A DNA stretch of 64,000 nucleotides from NCBI GenBank assembly GCA_965153285.1, contig OZ229123.1; one strand, 5' to 3'. Shown here one piece after another: positions 11,477 to 24,381 of this stretch. A program made the translations under genes and the position numbers. The notes beneath the pieces were generated by a model, which searched no databases, was not told the origin of the DNA, and saw nothing but the letters and a program-made list of their open reading frames with translations. Position 1 is the first letter of the stretch. Every line of letters begins with the position of its first letter. The stretch is from Podarcis tiliguerta. Taxonomy: Eukaryota.

Positions 11477-12385
11477 TTTTTTTTTAAAATAATATTTTTT
11501 ATTTTAACCATCAATAAACAGACAATACAAACAAATACAAACAAATACAGATACAAAAAAGAAAAAAAAAGAAAACACAACACTTACAAACAATACAAAA
11601 TACAGTGTACAAAACAAAGTAAAAGAAAAAATTAAAAGCAATCTTTGTGTCTTTGCATTATTTATCATTAACCTGGGTCTGCGACTTCCCCAGTCCTTCT
11701 CACTCTGTATTCTAGATCTTATATTCTGACAGTAAATTCTTCCCCTCTGTCATATCTTTAGCTCTAATTAATCTTGGTATCTTAACATAATTGCATTTCC
11801 ATATGTCTAGAACATTATTCTTTCTTAATCATTAAGTTTTTATGCCAATATTTCTTTTAAATTCAGCCTGATGTCCTCAAACATTCTTTATCTTATGATG
11901 TTTCTGTAGATATTCTTTAAACTTCCTCCAATCTTTCTCCACCGTCTCTTCTCCCTGGTCTCTGATTCTGCCAGTCATTTCTGCTTGTTCCATGTAGTCG
12001 ATAACCTTCATCTGCCATTCTTCCAGCGTGGGTAATTCTTGCGTCTTCCAATACTGTGCGATGAGTACTCTTGCTGCTGTTGTAGCGTACATAAAAAATG
12101 TCCTGTCCTTTGCCTGAACCTGTTGGTTGACCATACCCAGGAGAAAGGCTTCTTTCTAAATGTGTATTTAAACACCTTTTTCAATTCATTATATATCATC
12201 TCCCAGAAGGACTTAATCCTTGGGCATGTCCACCAAAGGTGGAAAAAAGTACCTTCAGATTCTTTACACTTCCAACATTTATTATCGGGCATATAGTAGA
12301 TTTTTGCTAGCTTGACTGGTGTCATGTACCATCTGTAAATCATTTTCATTATATTTTCTCTTAGGGCATTACATGCCGTAAACTT
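11477..12385 (-). mobile_element. 5'-truncated L1-clade LINE (ORF2 C-terminus with CCHC motif, 3' UTR, polyA)
   Basis: ORFs 12008..12397 and 11877..12134 (frameshifted): CWKC..GTFFHLWWTC, TAARVLIAQYWK; AATAAA at 11503-11498; T-run; 16-bp TSD at 11461-11476 and 12451-12466. Confidence 0.88.
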
Positions 12386-12452
12386 GTCTACGTCCATACT
12401 ACCCGGCCATAAAGTCTACGGCCATACTACCCTGAACACGCCCGATCTCGTC
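12386..12452 (+). pseudogene. 5S rRNA 5'-end fragment(s) inside the L1 insertion
   Basis: GTCTACGGCCATACTACCCTGAACACGCCCGATCTCGTC at 12414-12452 matches about the first 39 nt of vertebrate 5S rRNA; partial duplicate at 12386-12404. Confidence 0.88.
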
Positions 12453-12828
12453 AGAAAGTTCTTCCTAATGTTTGGCCAGAATCTGCTTTCTTGTAATTTC
12501 AATCCATTGGTTCAGGCCCTATCCTTCAGAGCAGCAAAAAACAAGTTTGCCCCAACCTCCATGTGACAGGCTTTCAGATATTTCAACATAGCTACCACAT
12601 GGTGTCACAGTACGATCCCCAACAATGGGTAGCAATCGAGTGCAGACTGTCACAAAGAGAGGTCCCAAAGGCCAGTCTCCAGCCTATCACAAATAAAAAC
12701 TCAAAAGCTGTCCACTCCTGGCTTAACAGCAACTTCTCATGCCTCAAACTGGAACCAGACATGCAAGGAGGTAAATATTCCTCATTTCTTTTTAACCACC
12801 CGCTCAACTCCAAGGATAGGTAACATAC

Positions 12829-13010
12829 CTTTGTTTGATTCCTCCATGGCAGCCTTTATCAGAGCCAAGATTTCAACGCTATCACCAATCCTTGCATAGT
12901 AAGAGCAGTCATGGCCAAGGGCATCCACCAAAGTGACGTCCGCACCATTTTTGAGCAAAACTTCCACAGCATCCTTGCAGCCATATTCACAGCCTAACAT
13001 CAGAGATGTC
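12829..13010 (-). CDS. UACA: UACA exon 8 (TSLMLGCEYGCKDAVEVLLKNGADV...AMEESNK)
   Basis: AG acceptor, GTATGT donor, 182 nt; overlaps ORF 12782..13114. Confidence 0.95.
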
Positions 13011-13223
13011 CTGAGGATGGAAGAAGAAGCCACATGGGAACATGAGGAGTCTTGTGGAGATGGCACATGCAATGGTGGGCTCTGTGGAACAATCACTATG
13101 CTTTTTCTTTTCATCCGCTTGCATTAATATCCCCAACTCTGCAAAACTGCGGGCAAAGGGGCTCCCAATATGCAAACAGGCGCAATAAAACAGTTCACAC
13201 AACAAACCAGGCATGTGGTAATG

Positions 13224-13428
13224 TGTAGTCAGTGTGGCATAATGGTTGGAGACCAGAGTTTGAATCCCCACTCAGCCACAAAGCTCACTGGGTGGCCTTG
13301 GGCCAGAAACCATCTCTTAGCCTAACCAATCTCACAGGGTTGTTGTGAGAATTAAATGGGCAGGTGGAGAACCATGTACACCACCTTGAGCTCCTTAGAA
13401 GAAAAGGTGGTATATGCATGTAATAAAT
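13224..13428 (+). mobile_element. tRNA-headed SINE with MIR/L2-like tail (Squam3-like)
   Basis: GTTTGAATCCCCACTCAGCC...CTCACAGGGTTGTTGTGAG...CCTTGAGCTCCTT shared with several copies in the window. Confidence 0.7.
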
Positions 13429-14070
13429 AGTAGTACAAAATGAAAAATGCACCTGAAAAATTTCCATCAACTCAAAAACTCTCTCACATTCCATTGGTCT
13501 AATACTCCTACAGTAGATCATCCCACAAATGATCACAATCAGATTTTTCTTTTCTTCTTTTTCACAACACGTTTGAGACTTGAGATGCTTTTTTATCTGA
13601 AATGCTATCTGCTATTTATTTACCAGTGGCTTGTTGACAGAGGTATCCTTGTTTAAGCAGCTGTAGTTTGAACAAACCACCATTTTCTACACTGAACCAC
13701 AACGATAAACTATGGTTTGTTCCAACCAGGAATGGAACCTTTAAACCTCTTCCCCCTTGGCCACAGAGGGATGCGGGAAGAGCACAGAAGTCCAAGATTC
13801 ATCCAGGCTCATGTACATAATAATAAACCATGGTTTGCGGTGACATCTGAACCAGGCCAGGTTATCTGTCAATTGTCAAACTGATGATGCTGTATTAGTA
13901 AATAAATAAATGAAGCAGTCAGAATATTGCTATCTTTGAAGAAATTCCACCACTTCGGATCAACACACCCCAAGCTTGTGTCCAACAGCTTCATTGTTTG
14001 AATCCCCAAAGAGTGTTCTTTGGAAAGCATACAGACACATCACCCACGGGGGGCTAAATGGATGCATTAC

Positions 14071-14177
14071 CGGTTCTGTTTGTCTCTTGCATTGACATCA
14101 GCGCCCCTGTCGAGCAGAAGTTGGCATATGGCTGGACGGCACATCTGAGTGGCCAGCACCAGAGGCGTCCTCCCATC
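14071..14177 (-). CDS. UACA: UACA exon 7 (DGRTPLVLATQMCRPAICQLLLDRGADVNARDKQN)
   Basis: AG/GT boundaries, 107 nt; preceded by a 97-nt intron. Confidence 0.95.
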
Positions 14178-14274
14178 CTAGAGAGAAGGGGCAGGAAAAC
14201 ATTACAAAGGAGGGGTAAAATGAACTTGACCAATCCTGGGGAAGAACCCTGAAAGGGGCCTGCATGATACTTAC

Positions 14275-14345
14275 TGCATCTCTGGCATTCACCAAGGCTC
14301 CATGGTCACACAGTAACTGGATGCTGGATGAACAATCTGACATCG
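14275..14345 (-). CDS. UACA: UACA exon 6 (MSDCSSSIQLLCDHGALVNARDA)
   Basis: AG acceptor, GTAAGT donor, 71 nt. Confidence 0.93.
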
Positions 14346-15062
14346 CTTTGGGAGACAGAAGGACATCACATCATTAGTAAATGGGTCACTTCGCTACCGG
14401 TGGGCTATTTATATATTGTCAGATTTCTGTGAAAGGCTGCGCCTTTAAGATCTAGAAGCCACAACCGTTCTAATGACAAATGTCCAACCAGGGAACAGCA
14501 ATTAAAAAGGGCCAATATGCCACTATCTTCCATGCTTTACTCATTGCACCTGAACTCCAGCCCTGCAAGAAAAGCCTGTGTGTTGTTAGTGGCTCACCTA
14601 ACCCAACTACACCTTTATCAGTTGCCTGAGGCACAGAGATAGTGTGGAAGAGAACCTAGTCTCTCCCTAAAAGCTTCTCCTAACTGGTGGTCTGGAAGAG
14701 GAACATCGATCACTGGAGGGGGTAATAGGATTGTTTTTATCGTGCATTTTGTGTTCTCATTTTGAATTTTTATGTTGGGAACAACGCTATGATCTTTGGA
14801 CAAAGGGCAGTATACAACTTTAATAAACAAATATTGAAATAAGAAGTTTGCAGCCAGCCCTTCCCAATCTGCGGGGCGTCCAGATGTGCGTCATATGATG
14901 CTGGAGCTGGTGGGAGTCATAGTCTAAAACATCGAGACAACAAATTGGGAGAGGCTGTCCCAGCCACATGTGGAAATTGAGCAGCTATTCATATGCCTTG
15001 CCAAACACGGTCCTTCTCAAGGCGTTAGGAGAAATTGCTCCAAAGGAAGGAAACTCCCTTAC

Positions 15063-15120
15063 CTGCATCATGAAGAGCAGTGCGACCCTGAAGATCCACA
15101 TTTTCTGTAGGGCAGTTGTA
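15063..15120 (-). CDS. UACA: UACA exon 5 (YNCPTENVDLQGRTALHDA)
   Basis: AG/GT boundaries, 58 nt, G.TALH ankyrin motif. Confidence 0.95.
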
Positions 15121-16335
15121 CTATGGGAACAGCCAAAGACATTTCATCAATACTGTTATTACTATTAATTATTATTATCGTTGTTGCTGTTAAATTTATT
15201 ACCTGCCCTTCACCAGCAGGCCACAGAGCAGGTTACAACCATTTAAAATTCAGCTTTAAAAACAGCTAAAACAAATCACTGTCCCAAGAATATGGAATAG
15301 ACCTGTAATTTATTTATTCTAACATTTATGGTTAAGGGTTCCTAATAGTGGCAGCACTCTCATGATGAAAATATTTCAAGAAACATTTAAATAAGATTCA
15401 GCTCCAGAATGTTAAATGTGCTGTTCAACTTTGCAGATCTATTATTATTATTATTAATTTATTAGGGTTTTTTAAAAAACCAAAATAACTCAAAGGGACT
15501 TACAACAATAAGTAAATCACACATGCATTAAAACCAGCATAAAAGAAAATGGGGGGAATCTAAAATGCATTCATATTTTTAAAATAAAACATCCCATCTA
15601 CTGAAGGAGGCCAGAGATAATTAAAAGAAAGGAGTCAGAACATATAGTGGCTGTGCTGTACTGTAGATATCATACCTAACCTAATAATCTGGGAGGCATA
15701 ACAAAGGAAGCTTCCTTATATAGAGTCAGACCTTGATCCACCCAGCGCAGTATTGCCTACACCAGCTTTCTCCAACTAGCTGCCCTTCTGATGCTTAAGA
15801 TTCCCATCATTCCTATTAACAGGCTGGAGCTGATGGGAGAGACAATGTAAGAACATCTGGCTTTGGGAGCCTAGCCTACGCTGACTGGGAGAGGTTCTCC
15901 AGAGTTTCAGACAGCAGCCTTTTCCCAGGAGATGTCAGGTGATGAACATGGGAGCTTCTGTATGCTGTGAGCTATGGATCCTTCCCCATAAATCTTTATG
16001 AAACAGAAAGCTTCATACACACAGAGGAATTACCTGCTTATATCTATCCTAGCACAAAGACTCTCAGTTTTCTGCTTGTTTCTTCAGATTTCTTCAACAT
16101 CCCAATTTGAAAATAACAAGGTTCAGGGTGATCAAAACCTTATTAGATTTTTGGCCATTCCTGCACCAACATTTGGGTAAAGGTGTCCACACAGGGGCAG
16201 CTATAACGTGATGGGAATATTTCAAGGGACGACACACACAGAGAAAGGAAAAAAGCTTTGCTGTCATGGTTTCCCCTCACCGCCTACCCTGCCTTTTACA
16301 TGCAACACTTAAACAATTTCTCAAACATACAGTAC

Positions 16336-16400
16336 CTGCAACAATTTTTGCAGACAGAGTGCATGTCCATATTTCGCAGCGAGGTGCAGACCGTTCCTTC
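16336..16400 (-). CDS. UACA: UACA exon 4 (RNGLHLAAKYGHALCLQKLLQ), ankyrin repeat
   Basis: AG/GT boundaries, 65 nt, LHLAA..G ankyrin motif. Confidence 0.95.
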
Positions 16401-16519
16401 CTAGGGAGGTCAAAGTGACAAGGAAATGCAGAATGGAATCATGAAGGACATGGCAGAGCTTTCATTCAGTGTCTACCACAGACCCATACACACAGAGATG
16501 GGTTATGTGCTGAACATAA

Positions 16520-16861
16520 AAAGGTAAAGGGACCCCTGACCATTAGGTCCAGTCGTGACCGACTCTGGGGTTGCGGCGCTCATCTCGCTTTATTGGCCGA
16601 CGTACAGCTTCCGGGTCATGTGGCCAGCATGACTAAGCTGCTTCTGGCGAACCAGAGCAGCGCACAGAAACGCTGTTTACCTTCCCGCCAGAACGGTACC
16701 TATTTATCTACTTGCACTTTGACATGCTTTCAAACTGCTATGTTGGCAGGAGCAGGGACCGAGCGACGGGAGCTCACCCCGTTGCGGGGATTCGAACCGC
16801 CAACCTTCTGATTGGCAAGCCCTAGGCTCTATGGTTTAACCCATAGCGCCACCCGCGTCCC
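16520..16861 (-). mobile_element. Sauria SINE, full length
   Basis: Reverse complement closely matches 6855-7206; TSD-like TGCTG(A/C)ACATA at 16508-16518 and 16865-16875. Confidence 0.92.
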
Positions 16862-17260
16862 GCATGCTGCACATAGCTTGAGTTAAAATACTGACCATGA
16901 TGTAATTACTGTACTTTATACATCAATTCATAAGGGATGGAAAGACAATGGAGTATTTTAAGTGAATCTACCTTGAAGAGTGACCCAGCTTAGACCCTTC
17001 CATGATGTCTCAACTTCCCCATGGCTGCCAACAGCAAACCCTCACGACAACCCCAGGGATGTAATCGGCAAAAAGGTGGCTGGGAACCCAACAGGGACAT
17101 TGATACACATCTAAGAAGCTAGTTCACAACAACCCCTTTCCATATTCACTCAGCAAGTTTGAGCAATACATGAAAACATTTGCCCAACATCTTCTACAAT
17201 CTCTCTTTAGAAAGATCTTATCAGAGAGACAACCCTCTTATTTTAAACAAGGACTCATAC

Positions 17261-17349
17261 CTGCTGCATCAGTAGCTACAATGTCAACCCCGTGTACAAG
17301 AATGGCATTCAGACAATCAAGATTCCCTTTGGCAGCTACAACATGGAAC
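17261..17349 (-). CDS. UACA: UACA exon 3 (FHVVAAKGNLDCLNAILVHGVDIVATDAA), ankyrin repeat
   Basis: AG/GT boundaries, 89 nt, frame continuous. Confidence 0.95.
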
Positions 17350-17508
17350 CTAAACAAAGCAAAACAGGAAAATGTCTGTGTAATGTTTACATATACAAGG
17401 TTACAATTAAAATGTTGAAGTGCAATCCAACGCTATAAAAATACAAAAGCAGCGCAGAAAAGCACCTGCAGCAGAGAATAAAAAGAAATGCAACAAATAG
17501 GCTGCTGG

Positions 17509-17600
17509 GAGATAGCTCAGTCTGGAGAGCATGAGACTCTTAATCTCAGGGTTGTGGGGTTCAAGCCCCAGGGTGAGCCAAAGACTCTTGCACTGAATTT
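17509..17600 (+). mobile_element. tRNA-Lys(CTT)-derived SINE head
   Basis: TAGCTCAGTCTGGAGAGCATGAGACTCTTAATCTCAGGGTTGTGGGGTTCAAGCCCC resembles tRNA-Lys(CTT) but has no pairable acceptor stem. Confidence 0.7.
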
Positions 17601-17702
17601 ACTCTTAGCCTAACCTGCCTCACAGGATAAAATGTGGAAGAAGAGAATTATGTACACCACCTTCACCTCACTGGAGGAAAGGTGAGATGCAAATGTAATA
17701 AA

Positions 17703-17753
17703 TTATTATCATTATCATTATCATCATCATCATCATCACCATCACCACCACCG

Positions 17754-17800
<47 letters not shown>
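17703..17800. repeat. Compound microsatellite (ATT/ATC/ACC)n-(TATC)n
   Basis: Read directly. Confidence 0.9.
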
Positions 17801-17801
<1 letters not shown>

Positions 17802-19880
17802 TTTCCACCCTTCATCCTATGATCCCAGGGAGGTTACAACATTAAAACACAACTATAAATATAAATGGGATAAGTAAATGTGAGCTGAAAGGTCTCTTAG
17901 AGCCCTCGGGATCTATTAGCTTCTGGGGGTGAACCAATTTAATAGGACACCACCCTTACAGAGAAGCAAGAGGAGGCCGACAGAAATTTAAACCTTAACA
18001 GGATATGGCCTTACCATGGCAAAAGCCTTCTTTAAACACACACACACACCACAACCAGACCTCCTCATCCTCCTCCTGCCTCATAGAGAAAACCAAACGA
18101 AGCGTCTCCTGCTATGTCCCGAGGGCCAATAACGTGTCGGGGCCATAAAATCCTGAACAGCTCTGGATCTGGCAGCACCAGAAGGAGACTCATCCAAGGG
18201 GTTTCTGGATGTCTTGGTCTCAATGTGCAGTGCAATCCTACACACGTCTAGTCTGAATTAGGACTTTTTGGGATTTAATGGGATTTACTTCTGGGTTAAG
18301 AAAGTAAAGGACTGCAGTTCAAATCTTCCAACAGGAGAACAATCTTTTAGAACAAGCCTTCTAAAATCTTTACCCCAGTTTGTATCTGGGATTTGAATTG
18401 GTTTTATGTATGTACTGTTGTTGTTTTAAAATGTTTGTATTTATAACTGGGTGATTTCTAAACTGTTCTTTTTATTGTTGCAATTTCTTTAACTGTGTTA
18501 ATATACATAACTGTTGTATATATGCTATATTGTAAATTGCTTTGGGATGCCTCACAGAAAGCAATTCATAAAATGAATGAAGAAGAAGAAGAGGAGGAAG
18601 AAGAATGTGCAACAGGTAAAGCCTAATGGAAAGGCAATTTTTGAGCAGCCAAATAGAATGTAGGTTAACCCTGGATTTCTGTTTTTCAGTCTGCTGAGAA
18701 TGCACAAACTCAGAGATTTCTGTAATTCTCAGCAATCCTTACAACAGCCCCGTGAAGCCGGCCATTGTTATCTCCATATTAGAATAAAGGGGCTGAGGTG
18801 CTGGCTTGCTCAACACCAACTAGTGAGCTCATGGCTAAGCTGAGAAGCCACATTTCTGGATGTTGGTTCCAGAGAGTGAGAAGCTGTGCCTGAATGCCTC
18901 TGACCTCTGGCTTTCATCTTGGAAACTCTTGGGGGTATGCAGGCTGTGACCTACAACCACCCAGACAGAGTCACTCACCACAAAGCATCCAATACAAGGC
19001 TCACAGAATAACCCTAGCATTAAATGTCCTCACCGCTTACCGTTTAAGACAGAAAACAGCTTTGTGCAGTAACTTGAGACTGCCATTCAAACCTTCTCCG
19101 GATTGGCTACTGAGAAGCTTCTGAAGTTACCACAAATATCTCCCCTTTTATTATGTGCGCACACAGGAGTTCAGAGAGTGAAACAAAAAGGGACCTGGGA
19201 GTGGGACAGACACCACACAAGTAATACAAACCGCATGGGAAAGACCCAGGCCTTTTATTCTTGTCTGGAGCAAGTTTGGAACCAAACCACAAACACACCC
19301 TGCAACCTAGACAGATTTTTTTGAATCAACCAGGCAGAGACCACCCAATTACTTGCTTCTGGATCTGCTGCATATTACTGTGTCAAGGAAAACAATTCAT
19401 CTCAAGCAGCTTTCATAGTGCCTTCCAGTTGCTGTTGGACTACAGCTCCCATCAGCCCCAGCCAGCATGGCCCAAGACAGGAGGTGGTCAGAGCTGCAGT
19501 CCAGTAACATCTGGAGGGCCCCCAGGTTTCCCCTCCACTAAACCACATGTTTACACAGTTCGGCATGACATCCAAACATGCCCTGTATGTGTGGAAGCAT
19601 AAAATGCTCTTCCGCAGGATGCAGGTCCCAACAGCTTTCTGTTTATTTAAAACATTTCTGTGGCACCTTTCCAAGGCTCAGGGAGGCTTACAGGAAATAA
19701 GCACTAGGCAGATAAGAGCCAACAGAAACAACAGTGCCCCTCTCAAAAATTTGGAAGGGGCCAGGAAGATCAAAGGCAAAAAAGACACATCTAAGCAGCC
19801 CCCCTCCAAGGGGTGGGTGGGCTACAAACTTGGTGGGAGGTGGGCAGAGCAGCTGAGGTAAAACCCCGACTTCTACTCAC

Positions 19881-20014
19881 GCAGATCTTCCTTCCACATC
19901 GAGTTTGGTGGGGTTTACGCCCTTCTTGGCAAGGACAGACGAGATCTTCTCCACGTCGCCCCGTTCGGCAGCTTTCATCAAGCGATCATCGTACTTGTTC
20001 CAGTCTGCTGTCAA
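19881..20014 (-). CDS. UACA: UACA exon 2 (LTADWNKYDDRLMKAAERGDVEKISSVLAKKGVNPTKLDVEGRS)
   Basis: CAG acceptor, GTGAGT donor, 134 nt; start of the ankyrin region. Confidence 0.95.
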
Positions 20015-20719
20015 CTGTTCAAAGAATGCGGGAGAAATGTTTTCAGTGTACAGTGGTGCAAATCCCTCAGAAAGCTGAGCAAAAATGCCTGTTTCCCATA
20101 GAGGATAAAGTGGGGGAGGGGGGGAGAAGTGTTATTCATCTGCCATCCATGTAGCTGGAAGGGAAAATCCCTTAAGAAACGGAAGCCAAGGAAAGCTGCT
20201 TCTGGGCTTTAACAAAACAAAAAACTGAAGGAGCTTGGTTTCACATATTATTGTGTCAGTTTAATACGGAAAGTACTTAAGAAAAATCCAAACACTGAGA
20301 AAACCATGAAGGATTCATGCCTTTTGCAACCCATTATTTACTGGCATGCAATGTTATTCTCAGAAAATAAGATAATAGGATATTTGCAGCACCTTTCTGC
20401 AGTTCAATGTATATTTGAATGTGCTTAGAGATGCAGAAGGTCTCAGCTCAATGAGCAGCTTCACTTAAACAACGATCGGAGGAATGGGTTACCTTAAACA
20501 CAATCAGGCTTGGTGTGGGGAGTGTTTTGGCTTTTCCAAGCCTAATAGCTAGAGGGGAGAGGTGACCTTCTTGCAGACTTCACCTGGGGAGGCAAAGTTA
20601 GCCCTCCAGCCAACCACCCTCACTGCACTCTCTCCAGAAAGATCGCCTCTCCTGCAAACACAGTTAGGCTTCAACAAGGCTTTCTTTTTTGAACTGAATT
20701 TTACATAGCACACACACCA

Positions 20720-20940
20720 AGCCAGTGGTGGTGCAGTGGTTAATGCTGGACCTGGGAGTAGGGGGTTCAAGTCTGCACTCAGCCTTGAAGCTTGCTGGGT
20801 GTCCTTGGGCCAGTCACTCACTCTCAGCCTAGCCTACCTCACAGGGTTGCTGTGAGGATTGAACGAGGAGGGGGAGAACCACATAAGTCACCTTGAGTTC
20901 CAGGGGAGAAAAAGGTGAGATATAAATGCAAAAAATAAAC
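20720..20940 (+). mobile_element. Squam3-like SINE
   Basis: Same family motifs as 13224-13428. Confidence 0.7.
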
Positions 20941-22637
20941 AAACATCCCAGTTACAACTAATTCTATACATATACACATGCACTCACATTTAAAACTCTC
21001 TCATGCAATAAATAGGTTTTTCCCCAAGCCTAATTCTGGTGCAGAGGAAGTTTTCAGAAGAGGGGTCACAGCTGGGGAGAAGACAGTCAATGCTTCCCAG
21101 CTGCAACCCACTTTGAAAATGCCCACCACCAAATGCTATTGCTTCTAAGGGCAGTGTGTGTGTGTGTGTGTGGAGAGAGGTGATAAGGAGGGAGATTTTA
21201 GGTGGTGTGGGGAGGGCCCAGGGCCTTCATTGCACCCAACCTGAGGGCTGGCAATTCACCATCCCTGGTGTAGATAGAAGCTGATAGGAAAAGCATCTTC
21301 CTGCCCAAGATCATGGAGAGTTGCTGCCTGCCACAGCTGACAATGTGCTAGGTCAGAGCTGGGGAAGATCAGTGGCCCTTCAGTTAGTTGCTGGAGTCAT
21401 GAGGGTTGTTGGGGGGATTTAATGAGGAGGAGAACTATGTATACCACCTTGAGCTCCTTGGAGGAAAAATGGGATATAAATACAAATGAATGAATGAATG
21501 AATGAATAGGATAATAAGCCAGACCTCCCACAAAACAGCTTTTTCCTCTATTCCTTTGAATTCTAGCTTCCGGTAGAACTAATTACAGTTCTTCTAAAAC
21601 AGAAGGAGTCTATGATATCATTTGCACACCAGTTTAACCATCAAGAGGCCCTTTCTGTTTCCAGAGCCTCCTTGCTCTGGTTTAATTGCCAGGAGCGTTC
21701 TGTTTGGATTTCCAGTCAGGCCACCTCGGTGCCTTCTCAGAATAGAAACAAGGTTCTCCACCCTACTTGGCATTTCTTGTTTTCAAGATAGACAGAAAGA
21801 AAAAGTACTGAAATCCAAAACACTCTCTCCCCCTACTTCAGCCCACCAACGCCCAAGTCCTCGTTTCTTGCAAAAGGCTTGCATTTCTACTCAAAGGATA
21901 ATGGCTACATTTGAACTGCACAGGAATGTGTTGTTTTTGAGGTTCTCCCACTTCCCATCTCAACTGGGTGTGGGCCTATTTCATGTGTTATTCCTCTCAA
22001 GCTGCAGATTAAATCTCTGCCTGAAATGAAAGCAGTATCTTCCTGCCTATGAATGGCAGCATGTGTGGTTTGCTCTGGAAATGTACAGAAGAAGCCAAAA
22101 CTAATGCCCACTGCAGCTTCCTGGCAGGCACACCTAGACCACAAAAAGAGAAAGTGCAATCCGTAGTGTCATTCAAACGCTGAAAGGCACCTGCTTTTTT
22201 CCAGTCATTTCTACGGAAAGACAACTTGCAAAGTGACCCAAATGAATGTGGAAGCAATAATTTTATTTTATTTTATTTGCCTCCCACTACACAGCAAGCA
22301 ACTGCATTCCAAAGCAGGGTATCATGTTTCTGCCTGTAGTGTCACATGAAACCACAGTAGCACAATTTGGGTATGCACCCCACTAGCTAGCAGGAAATCC
22401 ATTACCAGAGGGAGAAACAGCAGTTGCCATACCAGCAGCAAACGCTAAACTGGTACCAGCAGGGAGAAAATTCTAGCCACTCCCCCCCCCCCCGATGTGC
22501 TAGCTTTCTACATGCAGGAAGCTTCCAAATACATGTTGCCATTCAATGGTCCACCAAGCTACCTTGTTCCATGTACTGTACATATAGACCAGGCTTTGCT
22601 CAACTCATTACCTTGCAAATAAGAAGCTACTTCCAAT

Positions 22638-22752
22638 TAGGGCTGGGCGATATCTGGTTTTCAACATCACAATATATCACCAGCTAAATATCACGATATC
22701 TCGATATATATTGTGATGTTATTTCAATACTGGTATTTATTGCACAGCCCTA
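22638..22752. mobile_element. hAT-type MITE
   Basis: TIR TAGGGCTG...CAGCCCTA; 8-bp TSD (C/T)TTCCAAT at 22630-22637 and 22753-22760. Confidence 0.8.
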
Positions 22753-24381
22753 TTTCCAATGTGCAACAGTAGTTTAAAAAACAACAATATTTAAATCTTT
22801 CACCTCCCAGCAATCAGATTTAAAAACTTGTGCACACAAATATCCCCTTGGTATCAACAGCTTCAGAAAGGCATATTTGAGGGCACAGTGACCCACAAGT
22901 TGGTCTGCATGTCCAGGTATACCTTTCCATCTAGAATTGGGGCCGCAGCAGGACTCCACATTTGCATTTGCTCCAAGTCAGTAGGCAAAAACTGCACAAA
23001 AGCCAATGGACGTCATATTTGATTATCCCACGGCTAATTCTGGCCTGTATGGGATTATAGTGGTATGGGGCGAGCCTGCTTTCATCTCTCAGCCCTTCAG
23101 TCTTCAGCCGCTCCCTTCTAGGGCTCTTCAAAGGAGCAAAGGCAGCACCACTGACCTACTGAACCCTTTCTGGAGTCATCAAAACATCCAGCATCTGAAG
23201 GCCAAACAAGACATTTCAAAAGAAACAAGCATGGAATTAAGGATGCTTATGTTACGCTGATTTTAATGCATGTGATTTGGGGGGTGACGGGGGCATTTGC
23301 AGGGAAGCATCGGCAGATGAGTGGCACTTAAGCTGTTCCCAGGTGGCCAATTCTTGCCTGCAAAACCTCTCCCAGAAAATTCTCAAATACCACCACCACT
23401 GCGACTCTAAAGCCACAACTCAGTTTGGATGGGGAAGAAACAGCCTCACCTGGACCACCTACAGGGAAGAAATGGCAAACACCTGAGGCGCTAAATACCA
23501 CAGGCCCTCCAATACAAGTGCCCCACATTCTCTATTTCAGGATTGGGACCAAGCACTTGCAGCAGAAATCAAGTCCTATTTGACTTTGAAAAAGCCTGAT
23601 AAATCTTTTCAAGGACTCCCAAGCAGGCACATTTCAAAAAGAAGAAAGCAACTGGAAGCACCATTTCAGTCTCTTCACTTTCTATATTCCTGCACATCTG
23701 TGTCATTGACAAACTAGCAGAATTCTCAATGGCAAGCATTTCTACCTAGCATAAAAATATGCTGGGCAGTGCTGGTGCAGAACGCAGAAGTGATGCATCC
23801 CTTTCCAGGAACTGAAATAAATGCTTTTGACCTCTACCCATTCCCTAAGCATACTTGACATTTTTAAGTTTAGGCAATTAATATTTCCTTTCATTGAAAA
23901 CTTAAGAGCCCACAAGTGCTCCAGCATGCTAAGTATATAGAATAACTAGAATGGTTTGGTCAAACATTCCCAGTTACAGTTAAACAGATACGGTAAATAC
24001 ACCAATAGAAGCTCCTCTCAAAGCGAATACCTGGAGGGCTGCAAACAGTGTGTCTGTCACAGATGTAAGCTTCCAAGATGGAATAAAGGTGGGATATAAA
24101 GACAACAGGAATACAATTTAAAGGATTTCAAACATTAGAAGCCCAGCAACTCCTTCTGAACAGAAATCTACCATAAAGAGTGCAGCACCGAGATCATCCA
24201 TCTCTTCAATTCACCTGCTGTACTGCACAAAAAGGCGTAAATTAAGAGAAATTCTCACAAAGAGTTCTAAGCGGAAAGAATACTACAACAAGCAAATGCT
24301 GCAATTCAGGCCACATTGAGAAGGAACAATGCAAGCTGTGGCAAAAAGTTGGAAGCTGCTCTGCCGTAAGACGATACCTAC

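Larger units (their letters stand above)
11420..12600 (-). mobile_element. CR1 LINE 3' fragment, interrupted by the L1/5S insertion
   Basis: Flanks rejoin to TTCCACTGTCAAACAGCTCTTACTATCAGAAAGTTCTTCCTAATGTT, the antisense of the CR1 ORF2 end. Confidence 0.75.

Noticed and set aside
12414-12452. Functional 5S rRNA gene
   Set aside because: Only about 39 nt, lacks the internal control region and terminator, and lies inside a retrotransposition TSD pair.
17509-17585. Apparent tRNA-Lys(CTT) gene
   Set aside because: Acceptor stem does not pair and the sequence runs into SINE body; it is a SINE head.
20493-20541. Possible 49-nt exon (TAG acceptor, GTAACC donor) just upstream of UACA exon 2
   Set aside because: Length is not a multiple of 3, it has a stop in phase 0, and nothing else supports it.
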